Assembly (NCBI GenBank): GCA_009918425.1
Contig: RGEC01000003.1
Span: 1-35,273, forward strand
Origin: Bacteroidota bacterium
GTDB lineage: Bacteria; Bacteroidota; Bacteroidia; NS11-12g; UBA955
Reading direction: 5' to 3'
DNA length: 35,273 bases
In this document: positions 31,752-35,273 of the stretch, piece after piece
Layout: each line of letters opens with the position of its first letter
Position numbering within the stretch: the stretch's first letter is position 1
The notes under the pieces: model-generated
Told to the model about the DNA's origin: nothing
Seen by the model: only the letters and a program-made list of their open reading frames with translations
Databases searched by the model: none
Made by a program: the position numbers and the translations under genes

Positions 31752-34700
31752 GGAAACGTTCTACCTGCTTTGGTGTAGCCTGTTTAACGTAGAAGTCTTC
31801 TACCTTAAGTTTATCGGCTGTATTTAAAAGTATTTCATTGAGCTTCATGTCACTGCTTAGGATATTGGCAACGGTCTTGGTAAGGTTGATATAGATCCAT
31901 TCATTGCCACCGAAATCAAAATAGATATACATATTTTCCCCGCCTCTCTTATGTTCCAGTAGCATGGTGGTTTTAATATCCTTATTGATAGGGGTACCTG
32001 CAAACGAAGCCACACTTACGTTATCGTTGCAATACATACCACGGTATTTGCTATCCCACCTGAAGGTAGCATCACTTAAAACCAGGGTGTATTCAGCTTC
32101 ATCCTTGCCACTTAGTTCACCATTCTTTTCTATATTTTTTATAATGTTTTTGGCAGTTTTGTCCTCTGCCACCATTTCACCCAGTGCATTTTTAAAGAAC
32201 TCGGTATTGATGTTAACAGAAGCACCACTGCTGGTCTGAAAGAGTTCTTTCAATCTGGCGACATAATCTTTATGCAAAGGAAAATCCAGCATCATGGCAA
32301 GATTGAAAACAAAACTGCTGTCGCCTTCCTTCAGATCCGCAGTTCCTGCATTTTTAAATTTAATATTAGTGCTCTCCAAACCAAAATCGAGCGGTCCCTC
32401 GGCATGTACAGTATGGTTTTTCTCATTTAGCTGAATAAAGCTTCCTTTAAGTCCATCATTCAGCAATTTATCCTTGCTACCTGCGAAAAAGCTCTGTTTT
32501 TCATGATCATAATAGAAAATGCCGGTATCGTTGGTTACATCTGGATCGCTGTAGCGACGTTTCCAGCTGAAAAACAAAGGATAAACATGGCTGCTGTCAT
32601 TGGCCACAAAAAGGCCCACATACTGTTTTTTATTGTCCTTGTCGCGAGGATCCTGCACATTGATAATTACATTTTTTGGATCTACCCTATCACTATAGCG
32701 AAGCCAGGCCGAAGGCAGAATATTTTTAAAGGTATGCAAAGGTTTAACATACCCTGTAAATTGCAGGTTTTGCTCCGTACTTAAAATCTGTGCGAAACCT
32801 TTATATCCGATTTTCGTATCGAGTGTAAAGTTCTGGGATTCGTCAATTTTGCCCCAGCCTTCAATATTTCTGCTGCGGTTTACCACAACACTATCCAGGA
32901 AAAACTCCTGTCGTTTGCCCAATTTGTTGACGTACTGATAATAACCTGATCCACGCATTTTGTTTTTACCGTATATCTTCAATCTGCTTCGGTAAATTTC
33001 GTGATACTTGTCAATTCGATTGGCGATCAACCTTGCACTGTCCACAATATCCATATCTCCATTTTCACGAATGGTAACTTTTCCATCTTTCAATATAACC
33101 CTGCTGTCTGCTACATCAATGAACGGAATTTGCTGAACGTTTAAAGTGTAATCTTTCAGGTTATAAATCCCCCGAACACCGGAAAATCTGAGGCTATCCT
33201 GAGTAGGATTTGTGCTTTGCCACAGAGGTTGTTTTCCTGCCATTGCCGCACCCATTTTTGCCTCAATGGTTTTACCATTCATATCCCAGCGGTAGTCATT
33301 CAGGTTTGTTACATAACTGTTATAAGGGAAACGCGTTTCTGAACCGGCTTTGTTGGTAGTAAATGCACCCACGCGTGTGTTAAAATCCATGGTACCCTTA
33401 ATGTCTTTGGTCTCGAAAGCCACTTTCGTACTGTCAGCACCGTAAATAGACAGGTTGGCCTTATCTGCACTGGTTTTATTGGGTGCAAAGGTCATTTCTT
33501 CACTGCTGAATTTGGCTTCGGGCCAAGAAAGGGTTCCGTTGCCGGTTAACTTAGATGGCTTTTGTGTTATGGTCCCAATAAAGTCATATTCAGATTTAAA
33601 CACCTTGATAGGTGTGGGACCATTGGTAATATTGAACTTATCGTGGTAGGGTGTCCATTCCAGATTTGCGTTGGCCGCATACACCTGAGGATAAAGAGTC
33701 GATTGGGGCAAATCATATGATTCAACAGTTCCTTTTGCTGACTTCGGCAGGAGTAAAATCCGTTGAAATTTGGTGGTAGATCCATTAAAGGCAATATTTC
33801 CCTGTTCTCCGTATAGCCCCCGCTCACTCAGATTCATAATCATTTCACCCTGTCCTTTGCCTCTGTACATGCTGTAGCCGCCCGGAGGTGTAGGCTTTAC
33901 AAATCCAAGTGAATAATCAGGCTGTATATACACATAATGGCGAAATTCAGGAAATATCCCATCGCTTTTAAATAGGCCATCGAAACGCAAACCAGCTATG
34001 GTAAAATTATCCAGACTATCTATTGTAAAAGGATCAATAACAAATTTAAATGTTTCGGCTTTGTACTGACCTCCGTGAATTGAAGGTTTATCATACAAAA
34101 CTTCAGATCCCTTTAGGGCTTTGAAAATCGGATATTCTGGGTAATTAACCAGACCTGATTTATTATTCGGCTTATCGATAAAGATAGTTCCGTTTATATT
34201 TCTGAGAACACTTTTAATAGGTATTAGGGATCGCCCGGTACTATCAGGAAAATATAGCCTCAGACTATCAATTATATCCGATTGCACCAAAAAATTACCG
34301 TAATCAAATTCAAATTTTTTACCAAAGAAATCAAACCGTCCTGCACGAACCATACCACCAAAACGCAGCCTGCGATTTTTCAGCAGCGTAACTTGCTGTT
34401 CATAGGGAACCACAACTACATTCTGAGAATCAGAGAAGAAAAATTTTTGTACCCCTTCAATATTCATTTCATTGCTCAACAGATTAAGGGTCATGTTGCT
34501 GCGTTTACCAATCAGTGATGAAAGCCTTATCACATCATAGTCGCGGTTTTTTTCATGACTCTGCACCCAACGAAACAGTTTAGTGCGAAACATGGCTGAA
34601 TCCTGTTCGGGGTAATATGTTAAAAAACCTGCATCGTGCAACTCTATAAAAGGTGATCGCAGATGTTCGGGCTGCATTTTACAGAAGTCGGCATAATCCG

Positions 34701-35273
34701 AAAGTGAAAACTTCATCCTTTTATCGGCACTATAGTAGGAACGCATTTCTTTTTTACGCGCCTGCAATGCCTTTATTTTTTGATCGATAAGAGGCTTATC
34801 TTCAGGCTTATTTTTCCCAATCAGCACTTTAAGCTCTTTTTCCATTGCCTGTGCAACCGGGTCTTCGGGCATGCGGTTATAAAATGCATATAAATTGTTC
34901 AGGGGATTGGAACTTAATGATCCCTGAATTCGGGCATAAAGCATTTCCTTATAAAAATCAGCGCTAGACAGTTTGGCATCCTGATCATTATTGACGTTAT
35001 CAAAATCAATGAACGGTTCATCCAGTTTCCACCGAATCTGTTGGGCATCAATATCTACTTTATGGTAATCATCATAAAAAGGCGCCCTCATCAATCCGTC
35101 TGTACCGCGGTTAATCACGAGTTTATTCTCTTCAAACTGAAAATTAACTTCAACTGAGGGATGCGTTATAAATGAGCTATCCACGTAAATTGTCATTGAT
35201 GCATTCTTGCTGGCTGCTGCACCATTGGCTATTTTAAAAGTTTTGCTCTTTAGGGTAACACGTTTTTGGTTTT
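31729..35273 (-). CDS. Large hypothetical protein (>1180 aa), 5' end outside window
   Basis: Frame checked by hand: no stop codon between 35196 and the window end, so the ORF-track start is internal. Beta-strand-like aromatic/Gly patterning; no motif recognised. Confidence 0.8.
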   Translation of the reverse strand, partial: NQKRVTLKSKTFKIANGAAASKNASMTIYVDSSFITHPSVEVNFQFEENKLVINRGTDGLMRAPFYDDYHKVDIDAQQIRWKLDEPFIDFDNVNNDQDAKLSSADFYKEMLYARIQGSLSSNPLNNLYAFYNRMPEDPVAQAMEKELKVLIGKNKPEDKPLIDQKIKALQARKKEMRSYYSADKRMKFSLSDYADFCKMQPEHLRSPFIELHDAGFLTYYPEQDSAMFRTKLFRWVQSHEKNRDYDVIRLSSLIGKRSNMTLNLLSNEMNIEGVQKFFFSDSQNVVVVPYEQQVTLLKNRRLRFGGMVRAGRFDFFGKKFEFDYGNFLVQSDIIDSLRLYFPDSTGRSLIPIKSVLRNINGTIFIDKPNNKSGLVNYPEYPIFKALKGSEVLYDKPSIHGGQYKAETFKFVIDPFTIDSLDNFTIAGLRFDGLFKSDGIFPEFRHYVYIQPDYSLGFVKPTPPGGYSMYRGKGQGEMIMNLSERGLYGEQGNIAFNGSTTKFQRILLLPKSAKGTVESYDLPQSTLYPQVYAANANLEWTPYHDKFNITNGPTPIKVFKSEYDFIGTITQKPSKLTGNGTLSWPEAKFSSEEMTFAPNKTSADKANLSIYGADSTKVAFETKDIKGTMDFNTRVGAFTTNKAGSETRFPYNSYVTNLNDYRWDMNGKTIEAKMGAAMAGKQPLWQSTNPTQDSLRFSGVRGIYNLKDYTLNVQQIPFIDVADSRVILKDGKVTIRENGDMDIVDSARLIANRIDKYHEIYRSRLKIYGKNKMRGSGYYQYVNKLGKRQEFFLDSVVVNRSRNIEGWGKIDESQNFTLDTKIGYKGFAQILSTEQNLQFTGYVKPLHTFKNILPSAWLRYSDRVDPKNVIINVQDPRDKDNKKQYVGLFVANDSSHVYPLFFSWKRRYSDPDVTNDTGIFYYDHEKQSFFAGSKDKLLNDGLKGSFIQLNEKNHTVHAEGPLDFGLESTNIKFKNAGTADLKEGDSSFVFNLAMMLDFPLHKDYVARLKELFQTSSGASVNINTEFFKNALGEMVAEDKTAKNIIKNIEKNGELSGKDEAEYTLVLSDATFRWDSKYRGMYCNDNVSVASFAGTPINKDIKTTMLLEHKRGGENMYIYFDFGGNEWIYINLTKTVANILSSDMKLNEILLNTADKLKVEDFYVKQATPKQVERFLKRLGAE

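Overview
Core chromosomal region of a Bacteroidota genome, judged from TAnnTTTG promoters, the rpsL-rpsG-fusA-rpsJ order without tuf, and Bacteroidota-type L17, L36 and S14. The centre (5918-22890, minus strand) is the complete str/S10/spc/alpha ribosomal protein supercluster with fusA, secY, infA and rpoA. Left flank: eno (partial), carA, and a block of TerC, S46 dipeptidyl peptidase, rhodanese and thioredoxin genes. Right flank: LTA-synthase-like sulfatase, DUF1573 protein, yebC, a TonB-dependent receptor with a small upstream ORF ending in PPP, a PcaF-like thiolase, truA and a large partial hypothetical protein. No RNA genes, mobile elements or CRISPR arrays were seen. Most notable: (1) an apparent ~27-aa in-frame deletion in the RNA-binding domain of uS4 (real or assembly artefact); (2) a candidate arrest-peptide leader ORF in front of the TonB receptor; (3) head-to-head terC/S46 genes with interlocked start codons and a promoter inside the terC frame; (4) a Crp/Fnr-like box upstream of the rhodanese-thioredoxin pair; (5) a Shine-Dalgarno-like element before rpsL. 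All calls come from motif recognition by eye; no searches were run.
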